A DNA stretch of 64,000 bases from Lepidodermella squamata (Eukaryota; Animalia; Gastrotricha): the NCBI GenBank assembly GCA_047495785.1, contig JBLDXI010000054.1, forward strand, positions 744,001 to 808,000, in the 5' to 3' direction. This document shows, piece by piece, positions 25,401 to 37,400 of the stretch. The stretch's first letter is position 1. The number at the start of each line of letters is the position of its first letter. The notes beneath the pieces were generated by a model. It worked only from the letters and a program-made list of their open reading frames with translations, made no database searches and was not told where the DNA came from. The position numbers were made by a program, and so were the translations under genes.

Positions 25401-28400
25401 TTGAATCGCTTATAAAAGATGGAATTTTAATTTAATAAAACTGGTTAAAAAATCCTTCAAAAAGTTGCCAAAATAAAAAAATAGTTGCGCAACTTCTGGG
25501 ACACGCTGTAAATGGGTCTCAATCGTTATTCGTCAAAAAATTGAAACATTCGTGATTTTTACGAGCTGGTTCAACCTTCGATCTCAAAAATCTCTGATTT
25601 TTCACATTAGAAGTGAAGTGTGATTCTAAGCTATTTGGATTTGAGAGTGAGAAAAATTTGAATTTTGAAAATTCGTTGAACTTTTATTTTTATTTTTAAT
25701 TTTAATTTTTATTCATTCTTATTTTCAGGGTCCCAACGTAACTGGAATCACGCCTCGGGAAGCCGCCGATCGGCTCATCATCATGCAAAACACGTTCGAC
25801 TCGCTCTACCGCAAATACATCACCTACTCGAGCGGCGAGGAGCTCTTCGGCCTGTCCGTTTCCTCCTACGACGAGCTGCACCAAATCAAAAAGGAACTGA
25901 ACCTCCTCCAAAAACTGTACCAACTCTACAACAACGTCATCGACACTGTCTCGAAATGGTACGAAATCCTGTGGACGGACGTGAATATCGAAAAAATCAA
26001 CACAGACCTACAAGAATTTCAAAACCGCTGCCGCCGCATGCCGAAAGCGTTGAAAGAGTACGAGGCGTTCAACGAACTGAACCAAAAACTCGAGGACTTC
26101 TCGCAAATGGTGCCTCTCCTAGAACTCATGGCTAACAAAGCGATGAAGGCCCGGCACTGGCAACGCATGTCCGACACGTGCGGGTACAATTTCGACATTG
26201 AAAGCGACAATTTCACGCTGAAAAATATTCTGGAGGCCCCGCTGCTCAAGTACCGCGAGGATATTGAAGATATCTGCGTCTCAGCGGTGAAAGAGCGTGA
26301 TATCGAGGCGAAATTGAAGACGGTCATGTCAGACTGGGCTCTGCAAGAATTTTCGTTTGGTAACTTCAAAAATCGAGGCGAACTCTTGCTAAAGGGAGAC
26401 CGAGTTACGGAACTAACCACCCTACTTGAGGACTCGTTAATGGTCCTGAGCTCTTTGATGTCCAACCGGTATAACGTCCCGTTTCGTAAGCAAATCCAGC
26501 AATGGGTTCAGAGTTTGACCACGTCGAGCGAGATTGTCGAAAATTGGATGCAGGTGCAGAATTTGTGGGTGTACCTCGAGGCGGTTTTCGTGGGTGGTGA
26601 TATCGCGAAACAGCTGCCCAAAGAGGCGAAACGCTTCCAGAATATCGATAAATCTTGGATTAAAATTATGACTCGAGCTCATGATATGCCGAATGTTATT
26701 CAGTGCTGCACGAGTGATGAAACGTTGAACCAGCTGTTGCCGCATTTGTTGAACCAGTTGGAGGAGTGTCAGAAGTCGCTGACTGGGTATTTGGAGAAGA
26801 AGCGTCTGTTGTTCCCGCGGTTTTTCTTCGTCTCAGATCCGGCGTTGTTGGAAATTTTGGGCCAGGCCTCGGATTGCCACACGATTCAGCATCATTTGTT
26901 GTCGGTTTTTGATAACACGAAATCGGTCACTTTCCACGATAAACAGTACGAATTGATCCTGTCAATCCATTCTTCTGAGGTAAATTTTGTCTACTTTTAT
27001 TTTTAATTTTTTTAATTTTGTTTTTGAAAAAGTACATTCTGAATTTTAAACAAATTTTCAAATTTTTCGTTGTTGAATTTCGATTTTTGAAATTCAATCA
27101 GATGTTTTTCCGGAATAATTTTTTTAGTTTCATCAAAAATTGGTTAGCATTATTCATGAATTTCGTTTAAAACTCGGCTTTAGGAATCCTGGTGATCTGA
27201 ATTACGAATTTCTGATCGTTTTTTCCGATATTTTCGATTTTTCGATAATCGATCGCCGAGATGAGATTCCTAATTTGCTATTAGTTATCCAATTACAGAA
27301 TTTAACAAACAATTGGTACAAAACCTTGCGAAAAGTTTTCACCTGGATCTTCGTCTTATCTTTAAAGGCTAACTTTTACTAAAATATTCGACAATTGCAC
27401 GAATTCCTACGAGACACTGGTCATTTATCCGTTTTCCCCGAATTTATACGATTTCCCAGCGCGGAGATGTGCCTTTTAGACACCCTGGGGTTGTAGTCAC
27501 CCTACAGGATTTTTTGAATATAGGGTGGCAGGAAAAGATGCCGTTAGGCTTTAATGGGTTAATTTCGATTTTTCTTTTGATTTTTATTGTCAATTTTTGA
27601 AAATTATCTCTCAAATAATACTTTTTTGTTGTCTCATAGAGTTCCTTGTAAAATGCTTTGAAACTCGGTCGCGAATGATAGTGAAAGAAAATCGATGCAA
27701 TTTTCAAGAATTTCAGCTCATTTTTGCCTGTTTACAAAATTCCTCATAATACAGTGTCCCATAATAATTCAACAACCGAAGAAAATGTAGGAAAAATGGG
27801 ATCAGAAAGCCTGAAAAGATCGATCATATTATGTTCTGAGATGATTTTATATTGCTTGGGAATGAAAACCGATAGCTAAAATGCAAAATTCTGAAACTGA
27901 AATTCAAAAAATACCGAACTATTGGGTTTTCGAGTTTTATTCGGTAAATTTTAATTTTATTTGTTAAATCACAGACAATGGACGAAGAATGCTCCCAATG
28001 CTCTAATTGAGGAAGCATGCGTGCATTTTCAACGAAAAGGTGGACATTCAAAAATTGTTGCGCAATCTATGTAACACTAATACGAGTTGTTTGATTGAAT
28101 GTTCAATTGATTGAATTTTGAATTGATTGAATTGATTGAAATTTAATTGAATTTCCAATATTCGCCTAATTTATTCAGAATTTATGAACAGTTATTGGTA
28201 ATTTAATCCAAATGTGTCCGTAGTTTTACCCGTATGGCCCGGTTGGCCATCCATTGTTGATCTCGATGGAATTGTATACCTTTCTAACGCTGAAAACTGG
28301 AAAAATGTGATTTTCATTAAATTTTTCCAATTTTTTTATTTAAATTTCGAAACTTCGAAATGATAATTTTTTGGTATAAATGTTGCATCTCTGAACAATT

Positions 28401-31400
28401 TTTGTGAATATTTTTCAAATTATTCATTGTCTACATCGATTTCCTATCTAATTTCGATTATAGGGTGAGACAATCGAGCTGCAAAAGCCTGTTCGCTGCG
28501 ACGGCAACGTCGAAGTGTGGCTGATGCAGTTGATGGTCGAGAGCCAGCGATCGCTGCACTTTGTCATCCGAACCGCCGCCATGGCCATCAGCGACACCAA
28601 CTTCAACCTCGTCGAGTTCCTCAACATGTTCCCGGCGCAAATCGGCCTGCTCGGCATCCAACTAATCTGGACGCGAGACGCAAATGACGCGCTCGTCTCG
28701 GCTAAATCCGACAAGAAAATCATGTCGAGCACAAATCAGCGATTTTTGGACATGTTGAACTTGCTGATTCAGCAGACAACGCGTGATTTGACGAAAGTTG
28801 AGCGAACGAAATTTGAGACGCTCATCACAATTCACGTGCATCAGCGGGATATTTTTGATGATTTGGTGAAGATGCATGTCAAGAGTCCGCTTGATTTCGA
28901 GTGGTCGAAACAGACGCGTTTCTACTTTTTGGAGGACCAGGACCGCGTGAATATTCAAATTACGGACGTTGATTTTACGTATCAGAATGAGTTTTTGGGC
29001 TGTACCGAGCGTCTTGTCATCACGCCGCTGACTGATCGTTGCTACATCACGCTGTCTCAGGCTATTGGCATGTCTATGGGAGGCGCTCCTGCAGGTCAGT
29101 TTCTGATAATTTGAAAAACTTTCAAATTTAAAGATTTAAAAAAAATTTCAATCACCTTTATTCGAAGAATTCGAAAATCGATTAAACTAGCAGAAAATCT
29201 TTTTTTACCAACATTTTCAGAATTTGTTTGAAATATTTGGAAAGTGCTCTTTGAAATTCGATTTACCTTGGTTTTTTAATAAAAAATTCAAGGTCCTCGA
29301 AATAAATTCTTAAATGCAAAGAAAATCATAAAATGGAAGAATCATGCTGGCTGAAGTGGAACTAAATTTCTGAATGTTACGCTTAGAACTTTCATAGAAC
29401 TTGGGTAATTTTCATAATTGAGTTTATTCGTGAACTTTTTTATCGTTTGAATTCATGATTTTCCGTATTTTATTGGGTGTTGTGGTGATTTGCGTGAGAT
29501 AGAAGCCTGATACCGGCAGTTTTACGTTCGCAATCGATTCAGCGCACCTGAATACCCCTAGACCAATCAGACCAATATCGAAAGTTATCGATTATCGGTT
29601 ATCGATAATCAGTGATTTCGATCTCCGATTCCGATTCCGAACTGATCAAAGTCCGAGGCAATTTTCATGATTATCGCATCAAAATCTCCTGGAATTATAA
29701 TTGGAGAAAATTCTCGACATTATTGACTATCGATTATTGATCGATAACCAATCGTTAAAAATCGCTGTCGTCCGATCAGCCCAAAAATTATATCGATGGA
29801 AAGCCTAAATCAATTTCGGATTTTGTTTACTTTTTTTGGTGTGATATTTGAAATTTCTCTATCAATCTGATGACGATAATCTGGTTAACAGCTGATCATC
29901 TGATAACTGAATATTTGCAGAAGCTTCCTAAATGACGAACAATACGGCAACGAATGTTGCTCACAACGAGATGTAAAGAATTGATAGGCCGTTTCCGCCT
30001 CAAATATTCAACTCAAACTTCATAGGAGGAGGCTGATAAGCAACTCCATCTGACTAACCGAGAACGAAAACAGATACCCACAGCGAAAACAGATAAAGAC
30101 AGTCAAACAGTCAACTGAAACTTGCCTCAGGATCTCCAGGCACAGCCGCCGGAGCAACGCCAGCTAGTGCACCTAAATTCTAAATTCAAATATTTATTGT
30201 TCATTGATATCACATAAATAGGGGGGACGAAATAAGTGAAAGATATCAATGACGCGGGGTCACAAGATTATATGCGCTTGCCGGCGGCAGTGCGCTGCGG
30301 ACAGAAGTGGGCGGGGTGATGGATGATTTATCGAAAGCAGACAGGCACGTAAACACAGCGAGGGAGAATGGGAGGTAGAAGAAGGGAAGAGAGAAGAGAA
30401 AGCAAAGGATAGAGGAAGAGGGAGAGGCGGCAAGATCAGACATCGAAAGTGGGCGAAGGACCCCGAGGAAGCCTGCTGGCGATCAAGGCAAGCGGGGAAC
30501 GGGGCACCGGGTTCGCACCACCTATAATTGTTAGCTTGGCAAGGTGTCCCTCCTTTAACAAAGGCGACGGGCTTCGTCCACAACGTCGGCTCGAAGTGGT
30601 CCTCAATGGCTGCCTTGCAGTGGGCGCCGATTTTCTCAGTATCTTTTCTTCGTAATCATTCACGATACCAGCAAGAGGTAGTAGTTGCAGAGCCAACGTC
30701 TTTGAGGCGTACGGCTCGCGAGTCGCCGAAAAGACAATAGCAATCAGATTTTTAATAATCTTTGGAGACTTCTTTTGGTAGCAGTGGCACGCAATGCCTT
30801 ACCTCCCGTCGCAAGCGGGGTAACTGCATGATTCCACTGCGAACGGTGAAGGTGAAACCCCTGCCAGACATCTAGAGGAATGACTCCATCAATCGGGAAA
30901 ACGTTGCGTTTCATGGGGCCACCCTCCTTCGGTACAAGCATTTCCATACGGACGGAAGGACCTGGTGTTCTTCCACCAACCGTTTGGGATAGGATTGGCC
31001 ATGATGATAAGTGACCCTGGAGTAATCTGTTGCCAGAAGCTGGCACTCGTTGAATCCTTCAGCACAATAATGGCGATAGACGAGCTTTCGTTTGAACGGT
31101 CGAGGCTTAATTGCAAACGTCCTGCATGTTCATAAATTAATTATGTTTAATCATGATAAGTGATGGCCAGGCTTTATACTGGATAATTTTATGGTCATTT
31201 ATTTCAAATTAATCGGGAAATTCCAGAAAACTTGGAAAATCCATTTGTGGTATTATTACAATTTATTAAAAGTTGGGTTCCGCTTCCGAACAATTCTGGT
31301 TCCGCAACAGGCAATTTTGCTGAAAGTAAGACTCATAAAAGTGATTTGGGTGAGAACGAAGCCTGATAACGGCATTCTGACGTTCGCAATCGATTCAGCG

Positions 31401-34400
31401 CCCTGAAATACTCCTTAATTCGGATCAGCCAAATACCGACAGTTATCGATTATCGATTATCGATAATCAGTGATTGCCGATTCCGATTCCGAGGGTGATT
31501 TATTCCTAGGGTGATTTATCGCATCGAAATTTCCAGGAATAATTGAAATTGGAGAGAAATCGCGATATTATTGATTATCGATTATCGATCGATTATCGAT
31601 TATCGATCGATAACCAATCGATAAAAATCAATGTCGTCCGATCAGTGAAAAATTTTATCGATATGAAGCCTAATTCGATTTCCGAACATTTTTGAGAATT
31701 TTCTAGTTCGACATTTTTTTACCCGAGATCAAGATTTATTGGCCATCAAGAAAACCCCTCTCCAAATTAGTTATTTCCGATTCTATCGATGAGTTTTCAA
31801 CATTTTTTAAAAATTTCGTGTTTTTTTTAGGCCCTGCCGGAACAGGCAAGACTGAAACTACCAAGGACATGGGCCGTTGCCTTGGCAAGTACGTCGTCGT
31901 ATTCAACTGCTCCGACCAGATGGACTTCCGCGGTCTCGGCCGCATCTACAAAGGCCTGGCGCAGTCCGGCTCGTGGGGCTGCTTCGACGAGTTCAACCGC
32001 ATCGACCTGCCCGTACTCTCCGTCGCTGCGCAGCAGATCGCCGTCGTGTTATCCTGCCGCAAAGAACGCCGCCGCCAGTTCGTATTCACAGACGGCGATA
32101 TCGTCGACATGAACCCGGAATTCGGAATTTTCTTGACCATGAACCCGGGCTACGCCGGGCGCCAGGAGCTGCCTGAAAATCTGAAGATCAACTTCAGAAC
32201 CGTGGCGATGATGGTGCCGGATCGGCAGATTATCATCCGTGTCAAGCTGGCCGCGTGTGGTTTCATCGAAAACGTGCCCCTTTCGCGTAAATTCTACGTG
32301 TTGTACAAGCTTTGCGAGGAGCAGCTCACCAAACAGGTGCATTACGATTTCGGTCTGCGGAATATTTTGTCGGTTTTGCGTACGCTCGGCTCGGTTAAAC
32401 GGTCGAACCCCAATGATCCGGAGCCGACGACTATGATGCGAGTGTTGCGTGACATGAACTTGTCCAAGCTTACCGATCAAGACGAGCCGCTTTTCATGTC
32501 GCTTATTGCTGATTTGTTCCCAGGTAAGAATTCTCTAATGATTTTCTACGCTTTTATGAATGAGATGTGAACATCGCATAGAGCTCCGAAAAAAGAAGAA
32601 TTCTCGATCGGCGCATCTCGATCTTTTTCAAATTCGTCAAATTTATTTGAACCTACATTTTTACTTGCCGCAGGTTTTCACCAGTTGAAGCTGCTAAAAG
32701 CATTTCATTTCCTATACTACAGCGTCTTCCATAAGTAAAGAAAGCGAAGAAAAGACACGGAAAAGGGTTCAGAAACTCTAAAATGACATCTCATGGCTAG
32801 AACAATTTTAGAAAAATTCCAAAAATCACTAGAATAGGAATCAAAAATGTCACTTGTTAATGGGACTAGGAGAAATTTGGAGAAATTTGATCTAACCGGG
32901 TGAAATACCGAAAATTACCGAACCTGTTACCATCGGGGTTTTCCGGGTATTCTCTGGTAAATTTTTTATTTCTTCGGTTAAATCGCAGATAAAAGATGGA
33001 ATAGGTTTAATTTAATAAAAAATAGTTGAATTTTCTACGAAAAATGACCTTAACAAAAATAAAAAATAGACTTGCTGTATTTCATTAAATAAATCTCGAG
33101 AAAAATACCGATGAGAATGGTTGGGTAATTATTCGTATTATTTCATATTTCGATTTAACTTATTTAACTTCTTTTGAATTTTCTCCGCTTTACCTACTTT
33201 TGAGACTTCAGCAATTTCAACAAGTTTTTCAAAAAAAATATGACAATTATTTCAATTCAAATTAGTTGGGTCTTTCAATCGGAAATTTTCGCGGATTGGA
33301 AAGTCCTCCATCGATCTAAAATTTAAAATATTAATTTCCTACTAAGACTAAGTATTGTCGAGTTCGAGCGTTGCAGAATCATCATAAATTGCCAAATTTT
33401 GAGTTTTTCAGGTTTTTTAATTTTGAAATTGCTGTCTCTTTTCATTTTACTTCAGTATTGAAAAATGTGACTTCATGGGAGACCTAATTTAAATATTCAT
33501 AATTTCACTGTCACACGTCAACTTTTTCTCTTCAAAAATATTTTCTAGACAGCATTTTTGAGCATTTTTCCATCGAAAATTGGTCTTGAAACCCAATCAT
33601 GTCGTTTGAAATTTCGTTTAAGTTTTGTGAAGTGTGAAGATCACCATTCACACTAGTTTGGTTAGCCATTTTCCAAACTCTGAGCTCACTTCAGCCTTTC
33701 GAATTTTTCGATTTCCCTAGAAAAAAGGGAATTTCTAAGAAAAACGGTATTTCTAGAGAATAAGGGATGGAAAATAGGCAATCAAAGTGTTGGTCTTGGC
33801 CTAAGGCCTAAGCCTCAAGCTGGGTTAGAAACATGTAAATTTCCCACTTTTAATGACGTTTCAAGTCCGTTGACGATGCAGCTGCTTCTTCACAAAATAT
33901 TGAACAATCAGAAAAATTCAGTCGAATTGGTAAAATATCGATTTATCGGTTTTTTTCCAAATTTTTCAAAATTTCAAAATTTCAAAATATCATTTTATCG
34001 AATTTTACCTTCAATTAAATTGCAAAAAAATTGAATCGCATTTTAATGAGCGTGTTGAGATTTGAAAACCTCGCAATTTTCATTTTAAAAATTCATTTCA
34101 TTTATTCAAAAATTGTCTTTAAAACTGGGAATTGAAACGAGGTGTTTGACCTTCCGAATTTCCGAATTTTTCCAGCTGAAATTTTTGAGAATTTATTAAA
34201 TTTTTTATTTATTATAGGCATCGTTTTGGACAAGGCCGGTTATCCGCAACTCGAGGCCGCGCTCGACAAGAACATCCTGGACGCGAAACTCGTCATCCAC
34301 CCGGCGTGGAAACTCAAATGCATCCAACTCTTCGAAACACAACGCGTCCGCCACGGCATGATGACGCTGGGCCCGTCCGGCGCCGGCAAAACCTGCTGCA

Positions 34401-37400
34401 TCCACGCGCTCATGAAAGCCATGTCGGACTGCGGCGACCCGCACCGCGAGTGGCGCATGAACCCGAAAGCCATCACGGCGCCGCAGATGTTCGGCCGCCT
34501 CGACGTCGCGACCAACGACTGGACGGACGGCATTTTCTCAACGCTATGGCGCCGCTCGCTGAAACTCAAGAAAAACGAACACGTCTGGATCATCCTCGAC
34601 GGCCCGGTCGACGCGATTTGGATTGAAAATCTCAACTCAGTCCTGGACGATAACAAAACGCTGACCCTAGCTAACGGCGATCGAATCCCGATGGCGCCGA
34701 ATTGTAAACTGGTATTCGAGGTCCATAACATCGATAACGCATCTCCTGCGACTGTGTCAAGAAACGGCATGGTTTTCATGTCCAGCTCCGTCCTGGACTG
34801 GAACCCGATCTTAGAGGGCTGGTTGAATAACCGGCCGCCTCACGATCGCGACCCGATTATGAACATGTTTTCGGCCTCGTTCCCGCATATCTACCGATTC
34901 GCGACGCAGAGTTTGGTGTTCAAAATGGAGGTGCTCGAGGCGTTTGTTGTCAATCAAGCGTGTAATTTGATGGAGGGCCTCATCCCGAGGCGTGAGGCGA
35001 AGGAGGGTCCGTTGCCTCGCGACCAATTGGCGAAAATCTACGTTTTTGTTATCATGTGGTCGATTGGTGCGTTTTTGGAGCTGGACGATCGCGCGAAGTT
35101 GCAGCAGTACATGATGACGACGACCGATTTCCCCAAGTTGGACTTGCCGAATATGGAGGGCTCGGGTGAGGATCAGACGATTTTCGACTATTTGGTCGAT
35201 GAGTCGGGCACGTGGCAGCACTGGAACACGCGCGTTCAGGAGTACATGTACCCGCCGGATTCGTCGCCGGAATACGCCAGTATTTTGGTGCCTAACGTCG
35301 ATAACGTGAGAGCCGAGTTTTTGATCGACACGATCGCTCGCCAGGGTAAGCCTATATTTCAATACTCTGAGCTTTGAAATTTCAAAATTAATTAAATTAA
35401 ATTCGATACAATTTCGAAGGATTTTTTAGCCGTTTATGTAATTTACGAAATTTTTTGACAATGATAGTCCGCTTTTGAAACTGAGTAAGACTCATCTCAA
35501 TTAGAAGGCTGGGATAACTTGGACTTGTCAAATTTGCTAGCAAAATCAGGGTCTTTCCCTATTTTCATAAAAAGTTTGATGTAAGGTTCGGGACCTTTTA
35601 GGTTTCCTGAGCTTTCCAATCCTATTAAGGGAAATTTGACAAGTCCAAGTTATCAGACTAGCGAGTATTTTACATAACAAATTTTCTAGAAAAAAAATTA
35701 GAAAATATCAAAACAAATGGGAGCATGAGAAACTGGAAAATTCCAGTGTAAAAATCGTTCTACTGCTTGGAATAAATGAAATTCCCCTGTCAATTCGATT
35801 AAATGTTTGGCCCTTGAAAATTCAACCAAAGCTTAATCACTTTATCAATATCTATAAAATTATTAATTCATTAATTCATAAAATAAACCATTATAAAATT
35901 TGTGATTTTTTATCGGTTCAAAAAATTTGGAAACTTTCGATTTCTAGATATTTCAGGCAACAATATTTGGAAGAATTATATAACTAAATACCAAATTTTA
36001 AGAAGGCCGGTTATTTTACCAATTTAATAATGGGATTGGGGGCTTTTGAGTCGGTTTGTTCCAAGCATTTTTAATTGTGTTTTTCAGGTTTTTTGAAATT
36101 TTCAAAAATTCAGTGACTCGTTTCCTTAAAAAATAGGCTCATTTCTATGCAAAAGAACCCAACACCTATAAAAGTAGAACTCTGGTGAAAAATTTGTGAA
36201 ATCTGATTTTTTAATTTTTTGAAATTTACGGGAAGTAAGGCGTTTATTGAATTGGCATGCAATTAATTCTCAATGTCTCAAATCGTCCATTCTAATTCCC
36301 TCGTTTTTTGAACCTCAGCCTCGCAGATTTTCAAATGTTCGAAAAATAAGAACAAACTGGGACAATTTTGCGAGACATAATTTGAATGTTGCTTCGATTG
36401 CAAATAAATTGTCAAAATTTCAAAAATGTTCTTAAAATTGGGAAAAAATCTCATTTTTTGAACAATTTCATCATTTTGAATAATATTTTATTCAATGAAA
36501 ATTTTCAATTTTGAATAAATTTTCTATCAAAATTTGCCTCTTTAACTGGGAATTCGCGTTATTTTTCTCATAATTTTACTTTAATGTTAAATAGGTAAGG
36601 CTATGCTGCTGATCGGTGAGCAGGGTACGGCCAAGACCGTAATGATAAACGGCTACACGGGCAAGTACAACCCGGAAAACCAGCTCGCCAAGTCCTTCAA
36701 CTTCTCATCGGCCACCACGCCGAACATGTTCCAACGCGTTTTCGAATCGTGGGTGGAAAAGCGCGTCGGCACCAAGTACGGCCCGCCGGCCGGCAAGAAG
36801 ATGACCGTGTTCATCGACGACATCAACATGCCGATCATCAACGAGTGGGGCGACCAGATCGCCAACGAAATCGTGCGCCAGTTGATGGAAAACCAGGGCT
36901 TCTATTCGATCGACAAGCCGGGTGAATTCACGACCATTGTCGATGTTCAATTCCTCGCGGCTATGATCCAGCCGGGCGGTGGCCGAAATGACATCCCGCA
37001 GCGGTTGAAGCGGCAGTTTACCATTATCAACTGCACGCTGCCGTCGAATCCGTCTATCGATAAGATTTTCCGCGTTATTGGATGCGGCCATTATTGCGCT
37101 CAGCGCGGCTTTAAGGACGATGTGAGGGATATGGTGTCGCGGCTGGTGCCGTTGACTCGCCGCTTGTGGCAGTTGACCAAGGTGAAGATGCTGCCGACGC
37201 CGGCCAAATTCCACTACGTGTTCAACTTGCGAGATTTGAGCCGCATCTGGCAGGGCATGATCAACACGATCAGCTCGACGGTCACGTCCATTGAGATTTT
37301 GGTCGCGTTGTGGAAGCACGAGTGCACCCGTGTCATCGCTGATCGGTGAGTTCTAACATAAAATTATGGCATTTTTTCAATATTCAATATTCAAAATTTT

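Noticed and set aside
30190-30720. Selenoprotein (in-frame TGA plus 3' hairpin) or SGNH esterase (FGDS) in the island
   Set aside because: The hairpin lacks a SECIS core, no other SGNH blocks are visible and the ORFs are broken in several frames.
29570-31640. CRISPR-like array from recurring ATCGATT units
   Set aside because: Irregular micro-repeats without constant repeat-spacer periodicity, no cas genes, eukaryotic context.
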